Below are positions 36,633-46,175 of a DNA stretch of 64,000 bases, one piece after another. Both the position numbers and the translations under genes were made by a program. Origin of the DNA: Beijerinckiaceae bacterium (lineage in GTDB: Bacteria > Pseudomonadota > Alphaproteobacteria > Rhizobiales > Beijerinckiaceae). How positions within the stretch are numbered: the stretch's first letter is position 1; each line of letters opens with the position of its first letter. The stretch lies in contig CBDFFN010000012.1 of assembly GCA_965246795.1 (NCBI GenBank), positions 30,742-94,741 of the forward strand, written 5' to 3'. The notes under the pieces were generated by a model, which was not told the DNA's origin, did no database searches, and was given only the letters and a program-made list of their open reading frames with translations.

Positions 36633-37408
36633 TGACAGAGGACGACACACTGCTCGTCCAGGCGCTCGTGGACGATGAACTCGATGCGCTTTCGGCCGCT
36701 GCGCTCGAAGCGCGCTTTGCCGCCGAGCCAGGCCTCGCGGCAGCCTACAGCCGCCTGCTTTCTCTCCGTGAGCAAATGCGGGCCATTCCGGCGGCACGCG
36801 CGCCGGATGCGCTGCGGGAACGCATCCATGCTTTGGCGAAACAGACGCCAGCGACGGGTGGTGCCCCGACGCAAGCTGTGCCTAAGCGCGCATCCTGGCC
36901 TGTCGCTGGCGCAATGGCGGCATCACTGCTGATTGGCGTCGGCGCCGGTTGGTTCGGCACCACATTGACGCGGCCAACGGAGGAGACCCGTGCATTGGTC
37001 ACTTCGCATGTGCGTGGGCTCGTCGCGGGCCGGCCCTTCGATGTCGAGTCGAGCGACAGCCATACGGTGCGGCCGTGGTTCGCGGGCAAGATCGCCGTCG
37101 CGCCGTTCGTCGTCGATCTTGCGTCGGACGGATTCCCGCTCGAAGGCGGACGCGTCGATGTCGTCGACGGCGTCGCCGAACCGACGCTTGTCTACCGTCG
37201 CGGACAGCACACGATCAGCGTGACACGATTGCCGACCAGCAGCGAAGCGGCGGGCGCACTTCGACCAGCGCGCAGAACCGTCGATGGTCACGCGGCGCTT
37301 GCATGGCGTGGTGGGGATGCGACCTACCTCGCGATTTCGGACGCGGCGTCCGGAGAACTCGACGCGTTGCAGACGGCGTTCGAACGCGCGCGGCAGGCGG
37401 GGCGCTAA
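36629..37408 (+). CDS. Anti-sigma factor, RskA-like single-pass membrane protein
   Basis: Start overlaps the sigma stop; N-terminal anti-sigma helix (LLVQALVDDELDA); central transmembrane helix; periplasmic C-domain. Confidence 0.65.
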   Translation: MMTEDDTLLVQALVDDELDALSAAALEARFAAEPGLAAAYSRLLSLREQMRAIPAARAPDALRERIHALAKQTPATGGAPTQAVPKRASWPVAGAMAASLLIGVGAGWFGTTLTRPTEETRALVTSHVRGLVAGRPFDVESSDSHTVRPWFAGKIAVAPFVVDLASDGFPLEGGRVDVVDGVAEPTLVYRRGQHTISVTRLPTSSEAAGALRPARRTVDGHAALAWRGGDATYLAISDAASGELDALQTAFERARQAGR

Positions 37409-38280
37409 CCCGTCGCTTTGCCCTGCCGGCCCGCGAAATCCTGGATGAACTGCCATGCGGTGCGGCCCGAACGTGCGCCGCGCGTCGTCGCCCATTCCAG
37501 CGCTTCGTGCTCGATCGCATCGCGGTCGCCGGCCAGCCCGAAATGCTCGCAATAGCCAAACACCATCGCAAGATATTCGTCCTGGCTGCATTTGTGGAAG
37601 CCGAGCCAAAGGCCGAAGCGGTCCGACAGCGATACTTTCTCTTCGACCGCCTCGCCGGGATTGATCGCGGTGGCGCGCTCGTTGTCCATCATGTCGCGCG
37701 GCAGGAGATGTCGGCGGTTCGACGTCGCGTAGAACAGGACGTTGTCCGGACGGCCTTCGATGCCGCCTTCGAGTACCGCCTTCAACGACTTGTAGGATGT
37801 GTCGCCGCCATCGAAGGAAAGATCGTCGCAGAAGACGAGAAAGCGATAGGGCGTCGGACGCAGGATCGCCATCAGCGCCGGGAGGCTTTCGATGTCCTCG
37901 CGATGGATTTCGACGAGTTTTAATCCCGGCGTGGCGCGCGCGATGTCGGCATGCACGGCCTTCACGAGCGATGACTTTCCCATCCCCCGCGCGCCCCACA
38001 ACAGCGCGTTGTTCGCTGCAAGACCCTTCGCGAACCGCTCGGTGTTTTCGACGAGTTGGTCGCGCACGCGGTCGATGCCTTGCAGCAGGCCCATCTCGAC
38101 GCGGTTCACTTTCGGCACGGGTTGCAGCGTGCCGGTCGCGGCCTGCCAGACGAAGGCGTCGGCTGTGGTGAAGTCGACTTTCCCTGCTGCGTCCGGCACA
38201 CGGCGCTCCAACGCGTCAGCGATGCGAGTGAGAACGCCGAGCAGTGCAGCGTCGGCGGGCAGGGGTGATTGAGCCGTCAT
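37405..38280 (-). CDS. ATP-binding protein of the DUF815 AAA-like family
   Basis: Walker A GARGMGKSS; Walker B LVFCDDL; DUF815-like length. Confidence 0.65.
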   Translation of the reverse strand: MTAQSPLPADAALLGVLTRIADALERRVPDAAGKVDFTTADAFVWQAATGTLQPVPKVNRVEMGLLQGIDRVRDQLVENTERFAKGLAANNALLWGARGMGKSSLVKAVHADIARATPGLKLVEIHREDIESLPALMAILRPTPYRFLVFCDDLSFDGGDTSYKSLKAVLEGGIEGRPDNVLFYATSNRRHLLPRDMMDNERATAINPGEAVEEKVSLSDRFGLWLGFHKCSQDEYLAMVFGYCEHFGLAGDRDAIEHEALEWATTRGARSGRTAWQFIQDFAGRQGKATG

Positions 38281-38289
38281 CGCTGCGGC

Positions 38290-38718
38290 CTACTGCGCTT
38301 CTCCGAACGTGTCACCCGGCACGCCGGGCTTCAGCCGCAACAGCCGGGAGTCAAGAAGCGCTGCCTGGCGGTGTTTAACGGCCTCGCGGTAGATCGGGTC
38401 GCGCAGCATATCAATGAACGCCTGACCGCTCGGATATTCGGCGATGAACACGAGGTCCCAGATTTCGTGCGACGGTCCGATCAACATCAGTTGCGGCACG
38501 CCGACCCAAAACTGCTTTCCGCCGAGTTTCTTGAACACCGGCCCGCTCTCGCGGGAGTAGGCACGATAGGCTTCACGACCGGAAACGTCACGGCCGTCGG
38601 AGTAGGCGGCCTTCTCGCGCAATCGGACGAGATTGAGCATGTGGATCGGCCCATCATCGGTGGGCAGGTCCTTGAAGTAGCCGAAGGACTCTTTGGTGGG
38701 GTCGATGTATCCGGCCAC
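38290..38718 (-). CDS. DUF1330-domain protein
   Basis: About 140 aa with DUF1330-like conservation (PIHMLNLVRLRE ... FIAEYPSGQAF). Confidence 0.6.
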   Translation of the reverse strand: MAGYIDPTKESFGYFKDLPTDDGPIHMLNLVRLREKAAYSDGRDVSGREAYRAYSRESGPVFKKLGGKQFWVGVPQLMLIGPSHEIWDLVFIAEYPSGQAFIDMLRDPIYREAVKHRQAALLDSRLLRLKPGVPGDTFGEAQ

Positions 38719-38793
38719 GTTCTGCTCCCTGCTCTGCGTCTTTGCGGAGTAGGGTACACGCCCGGCGCGGGCGGCAGTAGCCGCCCCGTCACA

Positions 38794-39756
38794 TCACGGC
38801 AGCGCGGTTGCCTTCGCGATGTAATCCGGCACGACAAAGGCCTTATAGTCCGGCTGCGCGGCGAGATTTCCGAGCGCGATCTGCGTCGTCATACTGACCG
38901 TCAGCGCCTCCGGCGTAATCGCGGCGCTTCCCGGATAGACCTTGTCGGCGATCATGCGCTTCACGGCCGTCTCGACGACGGCGGCATCGAGCGTCGGAAA
39001 CTGCTTCTGTGCGATGGCGACGGTGCGATCGATATTCTTGCCCATGAAACGCAGCGCCAGTTCCATCGCGTTGGTGGTGCGCTGCGCGATGTCCGGATCA
39101 AGGTCCTTCTTCGCTGTCAGCGCCGAAAAGGCATAGGGACCGTAGAGCTTCGGGAAACCGAGCACGACCTTCATGCCTTTGGCGACGACTTGGTCGAGGC
39201 CCGGCTCGTACATCACGGCGATCTTCGCCTGTCCGGCCACGAGGGGGCCGGGCTCGCTGCCGATCTGGACGGGAATCATCTCCACGTCCTTCTGCGGGTC
39301 CATACCGTTTTCCTTCAGCAGCTTCAGGAAGAGCGACGTGCTCGTCGTCGGCATCTGTCCGACGACGACCTTCTGGCCCTTCAGGTCCTTGACCGAGTCG
39401 AACTTGAAATCCGGCGCCGTTGCGATCCACACGGCGGCACCGTTGACGACGTTGCAGAAGATGCCGACCGGCGCGCCTTTCGACGCTGCGATCGCTGTCC
39501 ATTCCGGCCCATGCAGCGAGATCTGCGCACTGCCCGACAGCACCGCCGACAGTGCGACGCTCGGCGCGCCCGCCGTCTCCTTTGTCACATCGAGGCCCTG
39601 CTTGACGAAGAAACCTTCGTCCATCGCGACATAGAGCGGCAGGTAGAGCAGCGATTGGAAGGCCTGCGAGATCGTCACCTTCTTGTTCTGCGCCCAGGCC
39701 GGGGTGGCGACGATAAGGCAGGCGAGAAGCGCGCAGGCGTGTGACAGACGTTTCAT
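38794..39756 (-). CDS. ABC transporter substrate-binding protein, NMT1/SsuA/TauA-like (sulfonate/nitrate/taurine type)
   Basis: Signal peptide; NMT1-like fold hallmarks; reads as an operon with the permease and ATPase. Confidence 0.75.
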   Translation of the reverse strand: MKRLSHACALLACLIVATPAWAQNKKVTISQAFQSLLYLPLYVAMDEGFFVKQGLDVTKETAGAPSVALSAVLSGSAQISLHGPEWTAIAASKGAPVGIFCNVVNGAAVWIATAPDFKFDSVKDLKGQKVVVGQMPTTSTSLFLKLLKENGMDPQKDVEMIPVQIGSEPGPLVAGQAKIAVMYEPGLDQVVAKGMKVVLGFPKLYGPYAFSALTAKKDLDPDIAQRTTNAMELALRFMGKNIDRTVAIAQKQFPTLDAAVVETAVKRMIADKVYPGSAAITPEALTVSMTTQIALGNLAAQPDYKAFVVPDYIAKATALP

Positions 39757-39806
39757 CGGCGATCCTTTACGAAACTCAGACTTCAAACATCAGACTTGCA
39801 GGCGGT

Positions 39807-40658
39807 TCAGACTTGCAGACGGTTCGTGGCGGTCTCGGCCTTCCACGGCAAAGCAGCGCGCTCGATGATGTCGATCGCGTAGTAGAGCAGGAAGCCGATG
39901 AGCATGAGCGCGAAGAGGCCCGCCCACACTGTGTTGAGATCGTAGAAGCTCGATGCCGTGAAGATCAGGTGGCCGAGGCCAACTTGCGACGAGATGAATT
40001 CGCCGACGACCGCGCCGACGAGGCCGAAGCCGACATTGATGCGGAACGTCGCGATGATCGCCGGCAGCGTTGAGGGCACAACCACTTTCGTGAAGATGCG
40101 GTGTTTGCTAACGCCCATCGAATAGACCAGCGCTTGAAGGTCGGGGTCGGCATCCTTTGCAGCCTGGTAGGCGGCGATGAGCGCGACAATCGCGGTGAGC
40201 GAGATCGACAGCGCGACTTTCGATACGAGGCCGGTGCCGAACCACAGGATGACGATCGGCGCGAAAGCGATTTTAGGCACGCTGTTGATGGCGACGATGA
40301 ACGGCTCGACCACACGCGCGACGAAGGGCGAATACCATAGCGCAAGGCCGCAGGCGGAGCCGATGGTCGTGCCGATGATGAAGCCGAGGATGGCTTCGTA
40401 GAGCGTATAACCTGCATCGCGTAACAGCGAGCCGTCGAGCAGCGCTTTCCAGAGAAAGGCGCCGATGCCCGCGGGCTGGCCGAAAAGGAAGGCGGAGACG
40501 AAGCCTGCGCGTACGCCGGCTTCCCAGAGACCGAGCACCAGCGCGGTGCCGAGAAGCTGGATTGCCACACGACCGAGCGGCGTATCGAAACGCAGGCCTG
40601 TGCGTCGTGGACTCTTCTTTACCGGCGCGGCATGCTCTCCGATCGCGGGCGCGCTCAC
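39807..40658 (-). CDS. ABC transporter permease, SsuC/TauC-like
   Basis: Six transmembrane helices; EAA-like loop (AKDADPDLQALVYSMGVS). Confidence 0.8.
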   Translation of the reverse strand: MSAPAIGEHAAPVKKSPRRTGLRFDTPLGRVAIQLLGTALVLGLWEAGVRAGFVSAFLFGQPAGIGAFLWKALLDGSLLRDAGYTLYEAILGFIIGTTIGSACGLALWYSPFVARVVEPFIVAINSVPKIAFAPIVILWFGTGLVSKVALSISLTAIVALIAAYQAAKDADPDLQALVYSMGVSKHRIFTKVVVPSTLPAIIATFRINVGFGLVGAVVGEFISSQVGLGHLIFTASSFYDLNTVWAGLFALMLIGFLLYYAIDIIERAALPWKAETATNRLQV

Positions 40659-41422
40659 GCGGCTTTCGCCGTCTGAATGTCGAGTTCACTGCACAGCAAA
40701 CGGAAGTAAGCGGAGAAAGCCGGATCGCTGCGCGCCGCAATCGGCGAGCGCTCGGCGATATCGATGTCGTGCACCGCCTTCACGGTCGCGGGTCGCTGCC
40801 CGAGCACGACGATGCGCTTCGACAGAGCCACCGCCTCGTCGATATCGTGCGTGACGAGGATCACCGTCTTGTGGAATGTCTCGACTGCCTCCATCAGCAC
40901 ACCTTCGAGATAGAGGCGCGTCTGGTAATCAAGCGCCGAGAAGGGCTCGTCGAGCAGGAGAATTTCCGGGTCCATGACAAGCGTACGGATCAACGCCACG
41001 CGCTGCCGCATGCCACCCGACAGCATTTTTGGATAGGCTTCCTCGAAGCCCGACAGGCCGAAGGTCGAGAGATATTCACGCGCCGTATCGAGCGCCTGCG
41101 CCTTCGGGACGTCTTTTGCCTCGAGCCCAAGCAGCACGGTGCGCCACGGCAGCAAAAGGTCGCGCTGCATCATGTAGCCGACCCGTCCGCGCAGGCTTTC
41201 GATGCGCTGGCCGCGATAAAGCAGGGTGCCGTCGTCCGGCTCGACGAGGCCGGCGATGACGTTGAAGACCGTCGTCTTTCCGCAACCGCTCGGCCCGATA
41301 ATGCTGACGAAATCCCGCTCGTTGATGTCGAAGCTCAGTCCGGCGAGGACGGGCACGGGATGCGCCACCGTGCCGAACGCCTTCCGGAGGTTACGGACAC
41401 TGAGCTGAGGAGGGGCGACCAC
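40655..41422 (-). CDS. ABC transporter ATP-binding protein, SsuB/TauB-like
   Basis: Walker A GPSGCGKTT; ABC signature LSGGMRQR; Walker B LLLDEP. Confidence 0.85.
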   Translation of the reverse strand: MVAPPQLSVRNLRKAFGTVAHPVPVLAGLSFDINERDFVSIIGPSGCGKTTVFNVIAGLVEPDDGTLLYRGQRIESLRGRVGYMMQRDLLLPWRTVLLGLEAKDVPKAQALDTAREYLSTFGLSGFEEAYPKMLSGGMRQRVALIRTLVMDPEILLLDEPFSALDYQTRLYLEGVLMEAVETFHKTVILVTHDIDEAVALSKRIVVLGQRPATVKAVHDIDIAERSPIAARSDPAFSAYFRLLCSELDIQTAKAA

Positions 41423-41610
41423 GAGGACTTTGCACGCAAGGACCGGGCCAGAGAGATCGGCTCAGACCTTGCCGTCCTGGCAAACCTCCGCTACACACCG
41501 CGTCATTCCACAGGCGATGTTTTCGCGCACCCTGATTCAAGGGTTCGCTCCGGTGGCGGACAAAATCCGCCTTCATGCATCGCCGAGGTTAAACCGGAGA
41601 AGGTTCGCAG

Positions 41611-42630
41611 ATGGCACTGCCTGATTTCACTATGCGTGGGCTCCTCGAGTCCGGCGCTCATTTCGGCCACCAGTCTCATCGCTGGAATCCGAAAATGGCC
41701 CCCTATATTTTCGGCGCCCGCAACAACATCCACATCATCGACCTCGCCCAGACCGTGCCGCTGCTGCACCAGGCGTTGAAGGTCGTGTCGGACACCGTCG
41801 CCAAGGGCGGCCGCGTGCTGCTCGTCGGCACCAAGCGGCAGGCGCAGGATCAGATCGCCGAAGCCGCAAAGAAGTCGGCGCAATATTACATCAACGCCCG
41901 CTGGCTCGGCGGCATGCTGACGAACTGGAAGACGATCTCGGGATCGATCAATCGTTTGCGCAAGCTCGATGAGCAACTGACGACTGGCGCCGTCGGCCTG
42001 ACCAAGAAAGAGCGGCTGATGCTCTCGCGCGAGCAGGAGCGTCTCGAGCGCGCCCTCGGCGGAATCAAGGACATGGGCGGTGTGCCCGACCTGATCTTCG
42101 TCATCGACACCAACAAGGAACAGCTGGCGATCAAGGAAGCCAACCGGCTGAAAATCCCGGTCGCGGCGATCCTCGACACCAATTCCGATCCGGATGGCAT
42201 CACGTACCCGATCCCCGGCAACGACGACGCCGGTCGCGCCATCGCGCTGTATTGCGATCTTATCGCGCGCGCCGCGATCGACGGCATCGGCCGCAGTCAG
42301 GGTTCGTCCGGCGTCGATGTCGGCTCATTCGAGGAGCCGGCCGCCGAGACGCTGCCGGGCGAGGCCGCGCCATCCGACGCCGACGACGTCCCGACGGAGA
42401 CGTTCGAGCTCCTCAGCGCCCCGCGCGGCGCTCCGGACGATCTTGCCAAGCTGCACGGCGTTGGCCCGCAGCTGGTGAAAAAGCTCAACGATGCGGGCGT
42501 TTTCCATTATTGGCAGGTTGGCGCGATGACGCCGGACGACGCCAAGAAGCTCGATGCCGATCTCAAGCTCAACGGGCGCGTTGAGCGTGATGGCTGGATC
42601 GCAGCGGCTCGGCAGCTCGCAAGCGCGTAG
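41611..42630 (+). CDS. rpsB: 30S ribosomal protein S2 with an alphaproteobacterial C-terminal extension
   Basis: [35 protein letters not shown] is diagnostic. Confidence 0.95.
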   Translation: MALPDFTMRGLLESGAHFGHQSHRWNPKMAPYIFGARNNIHIIDLAQTVPLLHQALKVVSDTVAKGGRVLLVGTKRQAQDQIAEAAKKSAQYYINARWLGGMLTNWKTISGSINRLRKLDEQLTTGAVGLTKKERLMLSREQERLERALGGIKDMGGVPDLIFVIDTNKEQLAIKEANRLKIPVAAILDTNSDPDGITYPIPGNDDAGRAIALYCDLIARAAIDGIGRSQGSSGVDVGSFEEPAAETLPGEAAPSDADDVPTETFELLSAPRGAPDDLAKLHGVGPQLVKKLNDAGVFHYWQVGAMTPDDAKKLDADLKLNGRVERDGWIAAARQLASA

Positions 42631-42656
42631 CCGCGTCCCCATATTCTAACAAGCAA

Positions 42657-42690
42657 CCCGCGCGATGCTTCGCGCGGGATTTCTCATTTC
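42657..42690 (+). terminator. Hairpin between rpsB and tsf, possible attenuator or terminator
   Basis: CCCGCGCG-ATGCTT-CGCGCGGG followed by ATTTCTCATTTC. Confidence 0.55.
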
Positions 42691-42710
42691 AAGGAAGAAG
42701 GAACGGGCCG

Positions 42711-43640
42711 ATGGCCACGATCACTGCTGCCCTCGTGAAAGACCTGCGCGAGAAAACCGGTGCGGGCATGATGGACTGCAAAGTTGCGCTTGGCGAAGTG
42801 AGCGGCGACATCGAACAGGCGATCGACTGGCTGCGCAAGAAGGGCCTCTCGAAGGCTGCCAAGAAGTCCGGCCGCGTTGCGGCGGAAGGGCTTGTGGCGC
42901 TTGCCATCGACGGCACGAAAGGCGTTGCGGTCGAAGTCAATTCCGAGACGGATTTCGTCGCGCGCAACGAAGATTTCCAGGCGCTCGCGCGCAACATCGC
43001 GAAGACGGCGCTGAAGGTGGGCTCTGATGATGTCGAGGCGATCAAAAGCGCGGCCTATCCCGCCGGCGGTACGGTCAACGACGCGATCACCAATGCCATC
43101 GCGACGATCGGCGAGAACATGACGCTGCGCCGCGCTGCGCTCTTGTCCGTCGAGCAGGGCGCCATCGGCCAGTATGTGCACAACACCGTCGGCGACGGCC
43201 TCGGCAAGATCGGCGTCCTCGTCGCCGTCGAGTCGAAGGGAGACGCGAGCGTCGTCGCGACACTCGCACGGCAGATCGCTATGCACGTTGCATCGGCGAG
43301 CCCGCTGGCGCTCGATGCCTCGCAGCTCGATCCCGAGACGGTCGCGCGCGAAAAGAAAGTGCTGGCCGAGAAGAACGCTGGCAAGCCGGCGAACGTGCTC
43401 GAGAAGATCGTCGAGTCCGGCCTCAAGACCTATTACAAGGAAGTCTGCCTCCTAGAGCAGCCCTCCTTCCATCCCGACCACGGCGGCAAGACGATCGCCC
43501 AGGCGGTGAAGGAGATCGAGAGTAAAGCCGGCGCGCCGGTCGCGGTGACTGGCTTCGTCCGCTATGCGCTTGGCGAAGGTGTCGAGAAGGGCGAGGTTGC
43601 AGACTTTGCCGCCGAAGTCGCCGCGGCCGTAAAGGGATGA
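42711..43640 (+). CDS. tsf: Elongation factor Ts
   Basis: [27 protein letters not shown] is diagnostic; UBA-like N-terminus plus dimerisation domains. Confidence 0.95.
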   Translation: MATITAALVKDLREKTGAGMMDCKVALGEVSGDIEQAIDWLRKKGLSKAAKKSGRVAAEGLVALAIDGTKGVAVEVNSETDFVARNEDFQALARNIAKTALKVGSDDVEAIKSAAYPAGGTVNDAITNAIATIGENMTLRRAALLSVEQGAIGQYVHNTVGDGLGKIGVLVAVESKGDASVVATLARQIAMHVASASPLALDASQLDPETVAREKKVLAEKNAGKPANVLEKIVESGLKTYYKEVCLLEQPSFHPDHGGKTIAQAVKEIESKAGAPVAVTGFVRYALGEGVEKGEVADFAAEVAAAVKG

Positions 43641-43644
43641 AAAA

Positions 43645-44256
43645 TCAGGCCGGCTCGTCCATGAGCCGGCCAAGTAAATCGTCGCGCACAGTCGACAGAA
43701 TTTCGTCCGAGAGGGTAGGGTCGCTTTTTGCGACGCTGCGCGCCAGAGCCAGCGCACCCGTGAGCGACGCGGTGAGCGCAATCGCATGCCGCCGCGCCAC
43801 ACCACTCCCCGCCGACCCGTCGTCGGCGAGCTTCGTCAATCCCGCCAGATAAGCGTCGAGGCCGGCGGCATACATGCGGCCGGTGTCACCGTCGCTGCGC
43901 GCCGCGTCCGCCGAGAACGCCACCATTGGGCAATGCGCTGCCGGCGCATCCCGCCAAGTTCGCGAAAGATAGCGGGATACGTAACCCGCTAGTCCGAGCC
44001 GGCGACCGGGGCCGGGCGGGGCGACGGCGGCCTCCGTCAGCACGCCCGCGCTGCCTGCGAAGGCGCGTGCACAGGCCTGCGCCTCCAGATCCGCTTTCGA
44101 CGCGAAATGGTTGTAGAAGCCGCCATGCGTCAGGCCGGCCTCGCGCATGAGATCGGCAACCGAAACGCCGTCAAAGCCCCGCTCGCGAAACAGTTTTAGC
44201 GCCGTGTCCAGCACGCGCTCGCGATTTTCCGCGACCTGTTTGGTGGAGAGTTTCAT
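43645..44256 (-). CDS. TetR/AcrR-family transcriptional regulator
   Basis: N-terminal HTH (FRERGFDGVSVADLMREAGLTHGGFYNHF). Confidence 0.8.
   Translation of the reverse strand: MKLSTKQVAENRERVLDTALKLFRERGFDGVSVADLMREAGLTHGGFYNHFASKADLEAQACARAFAGSAGVLTEAAVAPPGPGRRLGLAGYVSRYLSRTWRDAPAAHCPMVAFSADAARSDGDTGRMYAAGLDAYLAGLTKLADDGSAGSGVARRHAIALTASLTGALALARSVAKSDPTLSDEILSTVRDDLLGRLMDEPA
43648..43671 (+). terminator. Hairpin immediately after tsf, overlapping the 3' end of the convergent TetR gene
   Basis: GGCCGGCTC-GTCCAT-GAGCCGGCC perfect 9-bp stem; weak T-tract. Confidence 0.45.
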
Positions 44257-44359
44257 TCCGTTTTCCAACCGCCTTGACAGCGATGACGAACATCATCAAT
44301 GTTCGATGACGGCTGTCATCATAACTGTTTTGCCTCGTAGTTTCAATTCGGATCGTCTG

Positions 44360-45667
44360 ATGCTTGCAACGAGCCTTGCCGCCGCCCTTCACCGGCGGGG
44401 CATCCATTACGGCTGGATCGTCGTCGCGGTGACGTTCTTCTCAAGCCTTTGCATGGCCGGCGCGGTTGGTTTGCCCGGTGCGTTCATTCTGCCGTTTGGC
44501 AAGGAATTCGGCTGGGATGTCGGCCACATCTCGGCGGCACTTGCCGTCCGACTGCTGCTGTTCGGGCTGATGGCGCCGTTTTCGGCGGCGCTCATTGAGC
44601 GCTATGGCGTGCGAACGATCGTGCTCTTCGCCCAGTCGCTTGTCATCATCGGCCTGCTCGGCGGCCTCGTGATGACGCAGCTTTGGCAGCTCGTGATCTT
44701 CTGGGGTCTCATAATCGGGTTTGGCACCGGCCTCACGGCGCTCGTCCTTGGCGCGATCATGTCGACGCGCTGGTTCACAGAGCGGCGCGGTCTCGTCGTC
44801 GGCATGCTGACTGCTGCGGTCGCGACGGGACAGCTCACATTCCTGCCGCTTGCGGCCTGGCTCATCGAAACAATTGGCTGGCGTTACGCCATCCTGCCGT
44901 CGGTGGGCGCGATCGCGGTGGCGGCCGTGCTGACGCTGCTGTTCCTGAAGGATCGTCCCGCAGATGTAGGCCTTGTACCCTACGGTGAACCGATCGGCGC
45001 GGCGATCCCGGTTCCGTTACCGTCGCCCGGCGGCAACATTTTCGCCAGCGCCTTCGGCACGCTTGCGATGGCGTCGAAGAAGCCCGCGTTCTGGCTCCTG
45101 GCTGGTTCGTTCTTCATTTGCGGCCTCTCGACGGCCGGCCTCGTGCAGACGCATTTCATTTCGCTATGCGTCGACCAGGGCATGACATCGGTCGAAGGCG
45201 CGTCGATGCTCGCGCTGATGGGCGCCTTCGACTTCGTCGGCACGATCCTGTCGGGCCATCTTTCGGACCGCTACGACAACCGCAAGCTGCTGTTCTGGTA
45301 CTACGGCCTTCGCGGCCTCTCGCTGCTCTGGTTGCCGTACTCGACCTTCACGCTCTTCGGCCTATCGATATTCGTCGTCTTCTACGGCCTCGACTGGATC
45401 GCAACGGTGCCGCCGACTGTAAGGCTGACCGCGCAGACGTTCGGGCGCGAAAAGGCCGGTCTCGTCTTTGGCTGGATTTTCGCCTCGCATCAGCTCGGCT
45501 CGGCTCTCGCCGCCTATGCCGGTGGCGCGACACGGACGGCGCTTCTTACCTACATGCCGGCCTTCGTCGTTGCCGGCGCACTGTGCCTGCTCGCAGCCAT
45601 CATGGTGATGCTCGTCAACCGGCCAGCGCAGCCCGCTCCTGTCGCCTCCGCGCCGGCGAGAGGCTGA
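44360..45667 (+). CDS. MFS transporter
   Basis: Twelve transmembrane helices; divergent from the TetR gene; start could be the earlier ATG at about 44298. Confidence 0.75.
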   Translation: MLATSLAAALHRRGIHYGWIVVAVTFFSSLCMAGAVGLPGAFILPFGKEFGWDVGHISAALAVRLLLFGLMAPFSAALIERYGVRTIVLFAQSLVIIGLLGGLVMTQLWQLVIFWGLIIGFGTGLTALVLGAIMSTRWFTERRGLVVGMLTAAVATGQLTFLPLAAWLIETIGWRYAILPSVGAIAVAAVLTLLFLKDRPADVGLVPYGEPIGAAIPVPLPSPGGNIFASAFGTLAMASKKPAFWLLAGSFFICGLSTAGLVQTHFISLCVDQGMTSVEGASMLALMGAFDFVGTILSGHLSDRYDNRKLLFWYYGLRGLSLLWLPYSTFTLFGLSIFVVFYGLDWIATVPPTVRLTAQTFGREKAGLVFGWIFASHQLGSALAAYAGGATRTALLTYMPAFVVAGALCLLAAIMVMLVNRPAQPAPVASAPARG

Positions 45668-45669
45668 CG

Positions 45670-46175
45670 ATGGACGCCGTCAAAGGCAAGACCCGCCAGC
45701 GCGTCATCACGTGGGAAGACCCGACCGTCATCGCGGCGCAAGTCGGACATCTCTCGGGTTTGGAGCTTTTCCAGAAGGCGCTTTCCGGCGAACTGCCGCC
45801 GCCACCCGCTATCGAGCTGCTCGGCATGCAGCTCGATTCGATCGAGAAGGGCAGAGCGGTCTTCAGCCTTGAACCGGCGGAATATCACTACAACCCGATC
45901 GGCGTCGTGCATGGCGGCATTATCGCGACGATGCTCGACTCGGCGGTCGGCTGCGCCGTTCACGCCTCGTTGCCGGCCGGCGTCGCTTACACGACGCTCG
46001 AAATCAAGGTGAACTACCTTCGCGCGACAAGACCGGACGGATCCGTGCCGAGGGGCAGGTGATCCATCTCGGACGCAAGTCGGCTGTCGCTGAGGGAAAG
46101 GTTCTCGATGCCGCCGGCAAGGTCTACGCGACCTGCTCGACGACCTGCATTTTGATGCCGCTCGACGGCAGTTGA
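45670..46175 (+). pseudogene. PaaI-family (hotdog) thioesterase, disrupted by an apparent -1 frameshift near 46037-46041
   Basis: N-terminal part (NPIGVVHGGIIATMLDSAVGCAVHA..YLRATRPDG) reads in frame 1 to the stop at 46060. The conserved C-terminal part (IRAEGQVIHLGRKSAVAEGKVLDAAGKVYATCSTTCILMP) continues in the +1 frame to TGA at 46173-46175. Confidence 0.6.

Noticed and set aside
38269-39744. 491-aa plus-strand ORF
   Set aside because: Antisense to the SsuA-like SBP gene; no motif; GC-driven open frame.
40562-41779. 405-aa plus-strand ORF
   Set aside because: Antisense to the ABC ATPase, which has unambiguous Walker/signature motifs.
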